In this document: positions 33,276 to 43,892 of the stretch, piece by piece | How positions within the stretch are numbered: the stretch's first letter is position 1 | How the letters are laid out: each line of letters starts with the position of its first letter | NCBI GenBank assembly: GCA_965207445.1 | Contig: CBDBLX010000002.1 | Coordinates: 1,024,001-1,088,000, forward strand | Direction of reading: 5' to 3' | DNA length: 64,000 bases | Origin: Nitrosopumilus sp. | GTDB lineage: Archaea > Thermoproteota > Nitrososphaeria > Nitrososphaerales > Nitrosopumilaceae | Notes under the pieces: generated by a model | What the model was told of the DNA's origin: nothing | Database searches by the model: none | Seen by the model: the letters and a program-made list of their open reading frames with translations, nothing else | Position numbers and translations under genes: made by a program

Positions 33276-34001
33276 ATGGACGGTCTCACTACACTGAAAG
33301 CCGAGGACAAGTGGCTCCTGGTCATTGTGAACCTGCTTCCGTACGTTGAGGGCAGGACCATGCTACAGAAATTTGGAATGTTGTCATTTTATGAGGTTCT
33401 CAAGGATGAGGAGTTTTTTGACGACTGGAGGCCTAGCCATTATGGCGGATACAGTCCCAGACTAGCAAACAGCCTGAAGCGCCTGAAGGCGGACGGTTAC
33501 GTCCGAGCCGACAAAGTGACTGTCGAGCGCGACTATCAGGTCAACAGGTATTCGTTAACAGAAGCGGGTAGACGCGCAATAGCAGAGTTCGAAACCGATT
33601 CGTTGCGGCTTGAAAAAATAAAAACGATTCTGTCTCACTATTTCACTCGGACACTGAATGATCTCTTGGCAGATGTGTATCAAAGATATCCCGAACTGGC
33701 GGCCAACAGTAAGATTATTGCAGACGTAAACAGGACTTTGGATCCCAGCTCACGTATGGAACATGAATCCGAGACCGGAATAGGAGAACAGTCAAAAACA
33801 ACCTGCATGACGATCCCTGCACACCAACATGTACTTGGAGATATAGACTTTAGGGAAAAACTGGCAAAATCCATAGGACTGGACAGAGTCCCGGATCTGG
33901 ATCCGCAGGCCTTTGATCGTATCCAAGGAATCCTGTCCGAGCACATCGGCACGGATCACTTTGACGCCGTGGAGGCGGTCAGGGAAGTGAGGGATTGTTG
34001 A
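33276..34001 (+). CDS. Panacea/YwgA-like winged-helix antitoxin-like protein
   Basis: GRTMLQK...W.P..YGGYS..L...YSLT..G; paralog of 54200-54946. Confidence 0.7.
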   Translation: MDGLTTLKAEDKWLLVIVNLLPYVEGRTMLQKFGMLSFYEVLKDEEFFDDWRPSHYGGYSPRLANSLKRLKADGYVRADKVTVERDYQVNRYSLTEAGRRAIAEFETDSLRLEKIKTILSHYFTRTLNDLLADVYQRYPELAANSKIIADVNRTLDPSSRMEHESETGIGEQSKTTCMTIPAHQHVLGDIDFREKLAKSIGLDRVPDLDPQAFDRIQGILSEHIGTDHFDAVEAVREVRDC

Positions 34002-34230
34002 AAAAATCATATCTGGATGCCAACATACTGATTGCCATATCTGTGGGCCCTGACAAGGAACGCGATCAGTTCAAGATGGCCAGAGGGGTGTTGAACGATA
34101 TCAAAAACGGCGTGATCATTGGAATCGTGTCCTCCTTGGTGTTGATGGAGGTGATCTCCGTCATGCGCAAGCAGAAGGTAAGGAGGTAGTGGGTCATTTG
34201 GATTCGATGTCACTCGAGGAGCAATCCAAG
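33995..34230 (+). pseudogene. PIN/VapC toxin, truncated
   Basis: YLDANILI...SSLVLMEV, stop after 64 aa; overlaps the upstream gene's stop. Confidence 0.75.
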
Positions 34231-34288
34231 TTTGTGTTGCATGAGAAAATTAAAAAAAATATTAAAAAATAAATTTTTGGTGTATATA

Positions 34289-34738
34289 TTAGTGGAGTAT
34301 CCTTGGAACCTTTCTGATTGCTTGAACAATCGATACTCTTCCAGGACCTGCTACCATGATCAAAAGTGATCCTGCAAGCAGTATGACATCAAACTCGACT
34401 CCACGTTCCCCCGTCATACTTGTAGCACCCTTTACGTAGAATATCGCACCGACCATCACTATAGAAATTATCGCACCTGAGAATCTACTAAGCACACCTA
34501 TAATGAGTAGTATTCCTGGTACTACTTCTGCAAGTGCGATTGGAATCTGTAGTTCTGGTGGAAGACCCATGTTTGGCAAAGCATTTGCAAATCCTGGATT
34601 AAATTTACCTATTCCATGCAGTATGAATATAACACCTATAGAAGCCCTGATGCCCATAAAGGCAGCATCATTGAATATTGTGTTTTTGATTCCTGCTGTT
34701 CCCATGATTGACAACATACATGTTGCTATAAAAACCAT
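34289..34738 (-). CDS. DoxX family membrane protein
   Basis: R..IG.IF..HG..KF...GVEFD...GPGR.S. Confidence 0.9.
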   Translation of the reverse strand: MVFIATCMLSIMGTAGIKNTIFNDAAFMGIRASIGVIFILHGIGKFNPGFANALPNMGLPPELQIPIALAEVVPGILLIIGVLSRFSGAIISIVMVGAIFYVKGATSMTGERGVEFDVILLAGSLLIMVAGPGRVSIVQAIRKVPRILH

Positions 34739-34969
34739 ATTGTGTTATTTGTAACTTGAATTGTCCTGTAGGTGGTTTTGCCTTGGCATGTGCGTCTATG
34801 CATGATTATGTTGTATGGCGAAATTATGACACCCTCATTTCAACCCCTACAACGTATGCTATGCACCGTGACGTAAAAACCCGATTATTTTATGCCCAAT
34901 TCACTGAATTGACAACATTACCATCCTACTATACTAATTGCCAAAAATTGACACTAGACCATGTTGTGG

Positions 34970-35014
34970 CAAACACATGTCACAACTCTATGAGATGACA
35001 TCATTTTCTGACAC
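34970..35014 (+). repeat. ~45-bp palindromic repeat family E
   Basis: AAACACATGTCACAACTCT..GAGATGACATCATTTTCTGACAC matches the reverse complement of 59367-59410. Confidence 0.7.
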
Positions 35015-35134
35015 CAGAATTGTATACAAATTGATAAATTTGACATTATGAATGATTTACCCAATAATGTGCAAATATAATCATAAAAATAGTCTTGGTA
35101 AACCCTTTAATTATCAAGATCTGCCACAAAATAC

Positions 35135-35749
35135 ATGTCAATGTACATGCCAGGTGCTACTGCTGTTGGTGTAACGTTTGAAAACGGTATTGTACTTGCA
35201 AGTGAGCGGAGGATTGCATTTGGAAACTTTCTTGTAAGCAAGTCTACCCAAAAGACCTTTGAGATTACACCAAAGGTTGGTGCAACATGTGCAGGATTGG
35301 TAGCTGACATGCAGATACTCTCATTACAGATATCAGCGTTGGCCAAGATTAGAAAGATGGATATTAAGCGTGATGTTCCGCCAAATACCATTGCCAAGAT
35401 GATGTCAAACATGATGTATGAGCGCAGGTATTTTCCACTATTAACTCAGGTTATAGTGGGTGGTGTAGTTGGCACGCCCGCATTATATACTTTGGATCCG
35501 TTAGGCTCTGTTTTACCTGACAAATATGCTGCTGTAGGAACTGGCGCTGAGATGGCACTAGGTGTCCTTGACCCACAATTTTCAGATAATATGTCACAGG
35601 ATGATGCTATAGCAATTGTACGTACTGCTATAAACTCTGCATCTCTTAGAGATGCAGCAAGCGGTGATGGGGTTGATATTATGGTAATTACTGGTGACTC
35701 TTTGCAGATGCATACTGAACAGTTGAACCTAAAGCCTACAACTGTATAA
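35135..35749 (+). CDS. psmB: Proteasome beta subunit (GATAVG type, probably non-catalytic)
   Basis: GIVLASERR, AGLVADMQ, DPLGS and RDAASGDG motifs. Confidence 0.93.
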   Translation: MSMYMPGATAVGVTFENGIVLASERRIAFGNFLVSKSTQKTFEITPKVGATCAGLVADMQILSLQISALAKIRKMDIKRDVPPNTIAKMMSNMMYERRYFPLLTQVIVGGVVGTPALYTLDPLGSVLPDKYAAVGTGAEMALGVLDPQFSDNMSQDDAIAIVRTAINSASLRDAASGDGVDIMVITGDSLQMHTEQLNLKPTTV

Positions 35750-35849
35750 TGACTTTATTTACACGTTTGGACACGGACAATGTCTGTTTGATTTTGTGTT
35801 TGTTTATTTGTACGCATACGTGCATAGTTCTATACATGGACGCGATTAC

Positions 35850-35913
35850 GTCAGTAGTTCACAATGTGTTTTATATGATTTTATTTGAATAATCTACAAT
35901 ATAGTTGAACATT
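35850..35913 (+). mobile_element. 64-bp repeat family D, solo copy
   Basis: Near-identical to 26439-26502. Confidence 0.65.
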
Positions 35914-35927
35914 ACTTTTTTTTGTAT

Positions 35928-36413
35928 CTAGTCTCTAATCTCTTTTGCCATCTCCCAAATGTTATCTGATACGTAATGTAGATTTCTTAATATCTCCCCT
36001 CTTGATGCTGACTGTGCCTCATCACTTGACATGAGCGCCTGTCCGATTGCCAGATAGTTTCCCTTTGATTCTTCTCTTATACACACAATGTCATCTTTTT
36101 TAAATTTGCCAATCTTTGTAATTCCTGGTCTCATTAAATTGGCTCCTTTGCAGATAAATTTGATTGCACCCATATCGACTATTACATGTGGGATCTTTTC
36201 TAACATGTCAGTTTCTGTTAAAAGTGGCAGGTATATTCCATCTTTGGTCCTTGCAATTTTAATTCCTGTACCTGTTAATATGCACTCATTATCATCAATA
36301 TCATACATTTTGAGATTCTTTATTTTTGGAATTTTGATAATATTATTCCACTTTTCAGATATGTCGTTTAGTGTTATATTTGTCTCACTCTTTGAGATTA
36401 GATTTGATTTCAT
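35928..36413 (-). CDS. PUA-domain RNA-binding protein (MCT-1-like)
   Basis: VDMGAIKFICKGANLMRPGI...LHYVSD.IW; start taken at MKSNL. Confidence 0.88.
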   Translation of the reverse strand: MKSNLISKSETNITLNDISEKWNNIIKIPKIKNLKMYDIDDNECILTGTGIKIARTKDGIYLPLLTETDMLEKIPHVIVDMGAIKFICKGANLMRPGITKIGKFKKDDIVCIREESKGNYLAIGQALMSSDEAQSASRGEILRNLHYVSDNIWEMAKEIRD

Positions 36414-36418
36414 GTATG

Positions 36419-37474
36419 TCAACTCGGGGAAATTCTCTGTCGTATGTATAACAGATCTCGAAGTATTGCGCTTGCAGTCTCCATACCACCTGCACCACAT
36501 CCGATAATAGTCTGTGTCCCAGAGTGCTCTGAGGTAAATGATATTGCATTTAGAGTGCCATTGACGCATAAAGGATCGTCTTTTGATATTTCAACTGGCT
36601 CTACACTCATATGGTTATTTTTACATGTGGCAGTCATTTTTATCACTTTATCATTTTTGGCTGCTCTTTTGATATCTGCAGACGTGACATTTCTAATACC
36701 TGTGCATTTGACATCGGGCATAGTAACCTTCATGTTCATTATCCAGTTTGCTAATATAACTAATTTAGCTGCTGCATCCAGTCCGTCTAGGTCAAGGGAT
36801 TCGTCTGCCTCTACATATCCTCTTTTACGTGCATCTTGTAGTGCCTCTTTTGGAGACATTCCAGACGTCATACATGATAATATGTAATTTGTCGTGCCGT
36901 TTAATATACCACTAAATGATGTAATTTGTTCACCACATAGGCTGTTCTTTGCATAGTCTAGTATTGGAGTACCTCCACCTACTGTACCGCTGAATTTGAA
37001 CATTACTTGGTTGTATGTTGCAAGTTCATTTAATGATGGAAATGCAAGTGCCAGTGGCCCTTTGTTAACTGATACAACATGTAGTTTGTGTTTCATTGCA
37101 GTTGTAATGTTGGTCATGCCAGGTTCTGCATGTGTGTAGTTACTTGGTGTGGTCTCTACTAAAACATCTGCATCTGATGCTATTGATTCAATTACGTGTG
37201 TGGCGTTGTCTTTTGTAATATTATGAACTGACTTGGTAATGTGGTATTTTGTATCTGGTTTGTCATATTTGGCAACTGTACCGTATGTGTTCTTGACTTT
37301 GATGAGTTTTGAGCCATCAAGACCTGATGTATCCCATGCGACACCACCACTGTCTGTTACTGCTATTATACGCGGTTTTAGACCATACTTTGTATAAAGA
37401 TCATCTGATCGTGTCTCTAGTAATCTTATTAGACTTTGTCCAACAACACCAAAACCACACAAAATTATTCGCAT
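36419..37474 (-). CDS. hom: Homoserine dehydrogenase
   Basis: GFGVVG, NKGPLA, GILNGTTNYIL, DAAAK and GAGGMETA motifs. Confidence 0.95.
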   Translation of the reverse strand: MRIILCGFGVVGQSLIRLLETRSDDLYTKYGLKPRIIAVTDSGGVAWDTSGLDGSKLIKVKNTYGTVAKYDKPDTKYHITKSVHNITKDNATHVIESIASDADVLVETTPSNYTHAEPGMTNITTAMKHKLHVVSVNKGPLALAFPSLNELATYNQVMFKFSGTVGGGTPILDYAKNSLCGEQITSFSGILNGTTNYILSCMTSGMSPKEALQDARKRGYVEADESLDLDGLDAAAKLVILANWIMNMKVTMPDVKCTGIRNVTSADIKRAAKNDKVIKMTATCKNNHMSVEPVEISKDDPLCVNGTLNAISFTSEHSGTQTIIGCGAGGMETASAILRDLLYIRQRISPS

Positions 37475-37873
37475 ACAATCACCTTAGCACATGTCTTCTT
37501 TTCTAGTTATGTATTGGGGTTGCGACTGTGTGATGATTTCATCATGTATGTATTTTGAGTGCCATGTATGATAATTTGAGTTTTTATCTATTATACTTGT
37601 TTGATACACAATATTTTTTGTTTTAGCTGTAAATTTACTCTTTATACTATTCATTATAGTTCAGCATATCTGCCTGATCTGAGTTATTTTATGATTGTGG
37701 TTTGTTAAATGTGTGTAATCCTGTAAGCAGACACTATTATGATCTGACATGTCCATTACACTTTATTTTTTCTTTTGCAGTTATGTCTTTTGTTGTTTGT
37801 TTACATGTATGGATTTTAGTGGGCGTTTCTTTACTTTAAATATATACTATGATCACATATATACAAATATTTA

Positions 37874-38302
37874 TTAATGATCATTTTCATGCAACAATGA
37901 CAGTGAATTGATACAGTATCTCAAGTTGGTCGGAGCTGGACCATCATCAAACACGTGTCCTAGATGAGCGCCACACTTGTTGCAGTTGACCTCTACTCGC
38001 GTCATACCGTGTGATGTATCTGAGATGTACTCGATATTTTCATCTCGTAAGGGTTTCCAAAAGCTTGGCCAACCAGACCCAGAATCAAACTTTGCATCAG
38101 ATGAGAATAACTCCTCATTACAACATGAACATATGTATTTGCCTTTGGGACTATGTGTGTTATATCTACCAGAAAAAGGTGGCTCTGTTCCATGGTTTAT
38201 GCATACCTCAAATTGTTCTGGTGAAAGTACTGTCTTCCATTCCTGTGGTGTTTTTTTTGATGTGTTTGTATCTGGTACCTTACTATCTGCATCTTTTGTC
38301 AT
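37874..38302 (-). CDS. msrB: Methionine-R-sulfoxide reductase
   Basis: [21 protein letters not shown] and RYCINS motifs. Confidence 0.96.
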   Translation of the reverse strand: MTKDADSKVPDTNTSKKTPQEWKTVLSPEQFEVCINHGTEPPFSGRYNTHSPKGKYICSCCNEELFSSDAKFDSGSGWPSFWKPLRDENIEYISDTSHGMTRVEVNCNKCGAHLGHVFDDGPAPTNLRYCINSLSLLHENDH

Positions 38303-38375
38303 TATTTTTACTTTCTAGAGTGTTGTTTTTAGATGTTTACCTGTTGATATTTTGTGCATAGTTGTCGCAAACACA

Positions 38376-40133
38376 TTACGAGCGCAAACTCTTTCGTTTT
38401 TTCTCTACTGTACGTTTTTCTGACTCAAAACGCTCCAAGTCGTACTCTTTGAGATCTACGAATTTAATTGCCTTGCACAATACAGGATGTACACGTTTTA
38501 TCTGCAAATACATCTGTTGTGCCACTCTTCTATAGTCTGCATGCCCTTGTGGTATAGTACGCAACTCTATCATATGAGATGCCTCTCTGAGATTCATTTT
38601 AATCATGTATGGATAGTTATAAGCAAAATTAACCACATATTGTGCCTGTTGTGGATATTTTTTACTTATTGTATCAAATGCATCTTTGGTAGTGTCTAAT
38701 GCCTCTTTGTATGCCTTGTGCATTCCTATCTCTTTGATCTGTTTTGGGATATCATATCCATGGTTTGTTGTAAGTAGTTGTCTGTGCATTGTGAGTATAC
38801 GATGTCTGTGCAGATCTCTGAACATCCCAAAATTGTTGCATAGATCAAATGTGTATGATGTTGCCTCAAATGCTCTTGTTAACCTATGTCTTCGATTCGA
38901 GCGTAAATTCACTAGTCTGTTTATGATACGTATCTTTTGTTCGTGTGACATTTTGGTTTTTGTATGATGTAATACATGCTGATAAAGAGTACCATTTGAG
39001 TATTCATACAATATGGATGCAACTATTTTGTTTATTGCATCTGACTCTTTGTCGCACTCTACAAGATATGTTGTTGTGCCTTTGTTTTGTAATGTTCTAT
39101 TTGGTGTTTTGTTTTGTGGTGTTTTGTTTTGTGGTGTTTTGTTTTGTGGTGTTTTGTTTTGTGGTGTTTGGTTTGACGTTACATTGTATTGCACAGCTGC
39201 CTTTTTGGCAATATTATTTGCACGTGATATGTAATCCCGCATGTCGTATCCATACTTACCTTTTGAGCGTTTTAGAAATGCCCCAATAACACTTTCAAGC
39301 TCAATACGTATACTCTTGGCTAGATGTCTTTCTTCTATTAAATTCGATGATTCAAGTACATACAACAAGTACTCAAATGCTCGTCCGTTTCCAGTAATTC
39401 CAACATTTGTCATGGTTGCTGCAGGTAACAAACCACGCAACACATCGAGTGCTTTTGCTTTTGTAGATCCGTTGTATATCATCTTTGCATATGCAATGTC
39501 CGCATCATTTGTTAGTTTATCATATGTATTATCATTTTTTTGTTCACTAGTCGAGTCTTTGAATCGATACATCTCAATTGGATATAACTCTCTTACATGT
39601 TTGATCATAGGTTCTACTGCATCAGAGTATACGTCAAATGATAGATTACATGAATCTTCATACATGTCTGCATACTTTGATTCCATTATGATTGGTTCAC
39701 GATAAAACATGTATGATCCGTCTTGCTGTTTTTTATTCCATGTCACATATCGTGAAGATTTTTCTAAATATGACAGTCCTATCCTTCTATCTTGTATAGT
39801 TTTGACTGCAATGTTTGATAATCCTTCGATTGCGATCTGAGCCTCTCCAAGTTCTGCTACAGAGTCATCACCGTATTGGGCTAGTACACGCTCATAGAAT
39901 TTCTCACCGCGGCTTTGATCTGATAAAAATTCGTCTAGGAATACGCGCCGCATACCCTTTGTAGTACGACTATATCTGGACATCAATGCGCCTCTATCTA
40001 CTTGCCGCGGAGTTGTGATTGCAAATACCTGTTTGTCGGTGTTTGAAAAGTGTTTTTCAAGTACCTTGATCTCTTTTTGTGTGAATTTTTCAGATGTGGC
40101 AGAGTGCATGTAAGATGCGTTATAATTCGTCAA
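38376..40133 (-). CDS. thyX: Flavin-dependent thymidylate synthase, tandem-domain type
   Basis: [36 protein letters not shown]. Confidence 0.9.
   Translation of the reverse strand: MTNYNASYMHSATSEKFTQKEIKVLEKHFSNTDKQVFAITTPRQVDRGALMSRYSRTTKGMRRVFLDEFLSDQSRGEKFYERVLAQYGDDSVAELGEAQIAIEGLSNIAVKTIQDRRIGLSYLEKSSRYVTWNKKQQDGSYMFYREPIIMESKYADMYEDSCNLSFDVYSDAVEPMIKHVRELYPIEMYRFKDSTSEQKNDNTYDKLTNDADIAYAKMIYNGSTKAKALDVLRGLLPAATMTNVGITGNGRAFEYLLYVLESSNLIEERHLAKSIRIELESVIGAFLKRSKGKYGYDMRDYISRANNIAKKAAVQYNVTSNQTPQNKTPQNKTPQNKTPQNKTPNRTLQNKGTTTYLVECDKESDAINKIVASILYEYSNGTLYQHVLHHTKTKMSHEQKIRIINRLVNLRSNRRHRLTRAFEATSYTFDLCNNFGMFRDLHRHRILTMHRQLLTTNHGYDIPKQIKEIGMHKAYKEALDTTKDAFDTISKKYPQQAQYVVNFAYNYPYMIKMNLREASHMIELRTIPQGHADYRRVAQQMYLQIKRVHPVLCKAIKFVDLKEYDLERFESEKRTVEKKRKSLRS
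39102..39175. repeat. 15-bp in-frame tandem repeat (QNKTP, 4 perfect plus 1 degenerate) in thyX
   Basis: TGGTGTTTTGTTTTG repeated. Confidence 0.95.
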
Positions 40134-40547
40134 TTAGACTTTTTGCCTTTGTGTATCTGGTGGTGTTTCATCAGTAGTAGAGGTAGTTGCAGAAGCGGTA
40201 CTATTTTTATGATCGGGTTTTGACTTTAGACTACTTATCTTTATCAGGTTCGGTCCCATATCATTTTTATTTGCACCTGTTGCTGAGTTTTTATTATTTC
40301 CTTTAGATTGCCATCTTAGTAACACTTCTTTAAATGCAGCCGCATCTGCTTCGTTTTCTGTATACATTAACGTGGTCACCCAAAACCCACCATTTGCAGT
40401 CTTTCCTCCAACAGAGTTCATCCAAAAGTCACTTGGCAGTTCTGTCATAATTTTAGAGTCTGGGTTCTTTGACTCTGTCACCCACCTACTTGCTACAAAA
40501 TTTGTGATCTTTACTAGATCATCTTTTTGAATCATGATATGTGTCAT
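40134..40547 (-). CDS. Hypothetical protein with low-complexity tail
   Basis: 137-aa ORF abutting thyX, host-like composition. Confidence 0.6.
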   Translation of the reverse strand: MTHIMIQKDDLVKITNFVASRWVTESKNPDSKIMTELPSDFWMNSVGGKTANGGFWVTTLMYTENEADAAAFKEVLLRWQSKGNNKNSATGANKNDMGPNLIKISSLKSKPDHKNSTASATTSTTDETPPDTQRQKV

Positions 40548-40633
40548 TTTAGGTGATTTTTTAATTTTACTAAATTGCCTTTTACACTGGTCATTATGTG
40601 TATTTTTATAATGATGTATTGGGTAATAATATC

Positions 40634-41212
40634 ATGAAGATTTACACTAAAACTGGTGATGATGGAAATACTGGGTTGCAGGGTGGACTGCGAATCTCAA
40701 AGGCGCATACAAGAATTGCGGCTTATGGCGCTATTGATGAGGCAAATGCGTCACTTGGCGTTGCCATATCTCATAAAGATGAGTATCCATTGGAGATATC
40801 ATCTATCCTTTCAAAAATACAAAATGATCTTTTTATAGTTGGCGCTGATCTATCCAATCCAAATTTACTAGACATGAAAAATAGAGTGACACTTGATATG
40901 ATTAAATCACTTGAGATGTCAATTGACAAATTTGACTCTGAGTTGCCTACTCTTACATCTTTTATTCTTCCTGGTGGTGCGACTGCTGCGGCATGTTTAC
41001 ACCATACGCGTGCTATTGTGCGCAGAGCAGAGTCACTTGTAATTAAACTATCAGAATCTGATGAGATTAACTTGCAGTGTACAATATATTTAAACAGACT
41101 CTCTGATCTTTTATTTGTGCTCTCACGTACAATAAATAAACATATGAACTGTGAGGAAGAAAGATGGCATTCATCTGAAAGTACATCGAACAGTTGTCCA
41201 TTTTCAAAATGA
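40634..41212 (+). CDS. pduO: PduO-type cob(I)alamin adenosyltransferase
   Basis: KIYTKTGDDG.T, YG.IDE.N, FILPGG, RRAE, YLNRLSD. Confidence 0.95.
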   Translation: MKIYTKTGDDGNTGLQGGLRISKAHTRIAAYGAIDEANASLGVAISHKDEYPLEISSILSKIQNDLFIVGADLSNPNLLDMKNRVTLDMIKSLEMSIDKFDSELPTLTSFILPGGATAAACLHHTRAIVRRAESLVIKLSESDEINLQCTIYLNRLSDLLFVLSRTINKHMNCEEERWHSSESTSNSCPFSK

Positions 41213-41250
41213 TAAGCTTTAATTTCCAAGATCAATTAATGTATTTATGT

Positions 41251-41324
41251 GCCGGGGTAGCTCAGCCCGGGAGAGCACTCGGCTGAAGACCGAGCCGTCG
41301 CGCGTTCAAATCTCGCCCCCGGCA
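41251..41324 (+). tRNA. tRNA-Phe(GAA), intronless, CCA not encoded
   Basis: Acceptor GCCGGGG/CCCCGGC; anticodon arm CTCGG-CTGAAGA-CCGAG; TTCAAAT T-loop. Confidence 0.95.
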
Positions 41325-41507
41325 TCTTTTTATTATTAGAAAAGTACACTGCACGATTTATCGTTTAGCCAAACATCTTGTTGTTATTTTGATAATTTTA
41401 AACCAAGAATGACTCATATTTCATTTGAGGATTATGTGTGTTGAACGCTTAGATTTACTGTGCGTTGTATTTTATGTCCATGTTGTGGTTTCCTATAGCG
41501 ACGGGTA

Positions 41508-41655
41508 GTATGAACCAAGCTCTTTGTATACAATAATAAAATCATATATCTGTATTTAGTAACATCCCTGCTTGTATATGGAATCCTGCATCTGCGCGAC
41601 GCTTGACTTGGTGCTATTTTTAATGACCATATCAGTCATAGTGTTTGGTTCGCAC
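41508..41655 (+). mobile_element. MITE family B (copy 4)
   Basis: GTATGAACCAAGCTCT...TTGGTTCGCAC; closest to copy 3. Confidence 0.85.
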
Positions 41656-41679
41656 CCGGTTTTTCTTATTTTCATTATA

Positions 41680-41797
41680 TATGGTGGTGTGATTAAAGAT
41701 CAGATACTTTGATCGATTACCCCCTTAAAATCAGGCATATGTGTCCTGAACATAAAAAGTAGAACACCATCGGATCTTTACTGAAATTATTATGCAT
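41680..41797 (-). mobile_element. MITE family C (diverged, inverted copy)
   Basis: Reverse complement begins ATGCATAATAATTTCAGTAAAGATCCGAT, like 51617; ATTAAAGATC inverted repeats. Confidence 0.7.
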
Positions 41798-42044
41798 CTG
41801 TAGATGAGGCTGAGGTATGTGTTATATTAAAAGGAGATATGTTAAAGGCTGCTGCTAAAACTCTTGATCAACACTCGACGACATACTTGTCGCCATGTTG
41901 CGTCTCTTTTACATATCCTTGAAAGATTTTGACGAGTTCAGGGTCAGTTGTAATAGTTTGTGGGGGTGATGAGGTGTCGTCTTTGGGAATAGTATTGGAA
42001 TTTACATTAAATTGAATCGTGCTAAATTGGCGTACATGGACTTT
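41798..42044 (-). pseudogene. Degraded copy of the HVDRWNRVLAAF surface-protein repeat
   Basis: DPELVKIFQGYVKETQHGDKYVVEC*SRVLAAAF aligns with DPALINNVRELAAQTQHGDAHVDRWNRVLAAF; the W codon is TGA. Confidence 0.7.
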
Positions 42045-42125
42045 GTCACCATTCAACACTCGTGCCTGCTTCAGATGTTAGGCGGTGAATCTGTACCTAA
42101 ATTTGAAAAGGGGTTGAACGGTTAC
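42045..42125 (+). mobile_element. 81-bp MITE family A
   Basis: GTCACCATTCAAC...AATCTGTACCTAAATTTGAAAAGGGGTTGAACGGTTAC. Confidence 0.85.
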
Positions 42126-42210
42126 ATTTGTGCATTATTAATCTATAATAATCATATACTAATCTAGAGTTAAATTTAATACCTCGTCAATCCCCCGTTT
42201 TTCAACATTC

Positions 42211-42657
42211 ATGGCCAAAAAAGACACAAACACTAGCACAAAGACGTCTCGATCAAAAAAGAGTGGTTCTGGTGGCAAAAAGCCAACTGGTTCTATAAAA
42301 AATACTAAAAAGAGGCTAACTGACAAAAAGACTGCTTCCAAGACGGCGACTAAAAGTACCAAAAAGACTGCTTCCAAGACGGCGACTAAAAATACCAAAA
42401 AGACTACTGGACCAAAAAAACCTTCAAAATCTACTAAATCAATAAAATCCACTACAAAAAAGACTAATAGTATTACCAAAAAGACTGCCAAGAAAGGCAA
42501 ACGTACTACAAAGAAATCTACAATCCCGTCTCACGCAGATATGATGGATATGGGAATTGTGATTGTAGATGATGATATAGAAGTCGATAAAGAAAAAATT
42601 AACGAAGAGCGTAGGGCATACTTGGAAGAGGCACGATCTCAAGAGGCTTTTGACTAG
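42211..42657 (+). CDS. Lys/Thr/Ser-rich basic protein with acidic C-terminal tail
   Basis: H1-like composition; 36-bp duplication at 42325-42396. Confidence 0.7.
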   Translation: MAKKDTNTSTKTSRSKKSGSGGKKPTGSIKNTKKRLTDKKTASKTATKSTKKTASKTATKNTKKTTGPKKPSKSTKSIKSTTKKTNSITKKTAKKGKRTTKKSTIPSHADMMDMGIVIVDDDIEVDKEKINEERRAYLEEARSQEAFD

Positions 42658-42836
42658 ATGATACAATTACGTAATGGTACCTGTGTAAATTACCTGAAGA
42701 CTTTGTGTATTTTCAAAAAATGACACACTATATTTTTACATAAATGATCGTTAAACTCACAATACACTGTGATTGATTTTACCACATATGCGCGTCTTGT
42801 GACGTCACTATTATTAGAGATAAACATGCATAATTC

Positions 42837-43892
42837 ATGGGGCTCAAAAAATACACTGCAACACGTCTAGTCACTATGTTTGGTGTTCTTATGATAACAC
42901 TACTAATAACAATTGCACTAGTCGGATCCAATATGGATAGCATACTAAAGCAAGGTATTGCATTTCAAGTAAGATCTGAGATAACTGAAAATCCTGCAAC
43001 AGCAGAAAGATTCACAACTGTTGAAGAGTTTGAAGGGTTTATTCAAGAACGTATTGACCATAGAACCCAGCTATTGGGACTTGATGAGCCGTGGTACTCG
43101 CCACAACGTATCGGACTTGCAATGTACAAGATACTTTTGCTTGACTTTGGTCATGCAACATTTCTTACAAGCGACTCTGGTTCAACTGATGTCAAAGATA
43201 TCATACTAGAGAAACTTCCGCGCACAATACTCTTGTTTACTACTGCTACAATCATAATCTCGATAATTGGAATATTTTTAGGTGCACTTGCAGGAAGCAA
43301 GATTGGCTCTACTGTTGATAGATTAACATCAAGTTTTGCAGTGATCAGCTCTAGTTTTCCAGTATGGTGGGTTGGTATGATAATGATATTTTTATTTGCA
43401 TTTACATATCAGATATTTCCTGCACGTGCAACACCTGATATTCCATCTACAGACCCTGGCTATGTGCTTGCACTATTGTATCATATGGCACTGCCTCTGA
43501 TAACTATCGTTATGATTGGATTTGGTGCATGGGCATATCTGGTAAGAAATTTTATGGCAGGTATTATGCAAGAAGATTTCATATCTGCAAAAAAGACAAT
43601 CGGTATAAAATCTAAAAAGATTGTATATATTCACGCACTAAAAAACGCTGCACCACCAATCATTACCATATTGGCGCTAAGTCTCTCAGGATCACTTGGA
43701 GGGGCTATAATAACTGAGGCTGTATTTGACTGGCCTGGAATGGGACGTCTCTACTTTGAGGCTATAACTGTCATGGATCTTCCTGTCATAATTGGTGCTA
43801 CGTATACACTTACAGTCTTCTTTCTTCTGAGTATATTTATAGCTGATATATTATATGGTTATTTTGATCCAAGGGTAAGAACGGCAAAATGA
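42837..43892 (+). CDS. Peptide/nickel ABC permease (DppB/OppB-like)
   Basis: HALKNA, GAIITEAVFDWPGMG, DILYGYFDPRVR. Confidence 0.92.
   Translation: MGLKKYTATRLVTMFGVLMITLLITIALVGSNMDSILKQGIAFQVRSEITENPATAERFTTVEEFEGFIQERIDHRTQLLGLDEPWYSPQRIGLAMYKILLLDFGHATFLTSDSGSTDVKDIILEKLPRTILLFTTATIIISIIGIFLGALAGSKIGSTVDRLTSSFAVISSSFPVWWVGMIMIFLFAFTYQIFPARATPDIPSTDPGYVLALLYHMALPLITIVMIGFGAWAYLVRNFMAGIMQEDFISAKKTIGIKSKKIVYIHALKNAAPPIITILALSLSGSLGGAIITEAVFDWPGMGRLYFEAITVMDLPVIIGATYTLTVFFLLSIFIADILYGYFDPRVRTAK

Noticed and set aside
35135..35170. Proteasome beta subunit lacks the usual GTTT catalytic motif
   Set aside because: A second, non-catalytic beta paralog is known in TACK archaea.
41300..41316. C-U mismatch in the tRNA-Phe T-stem
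   Set aside because: A single mismatch with all other arms canonical is not enough to claim editing or a pseudo-tRNA.
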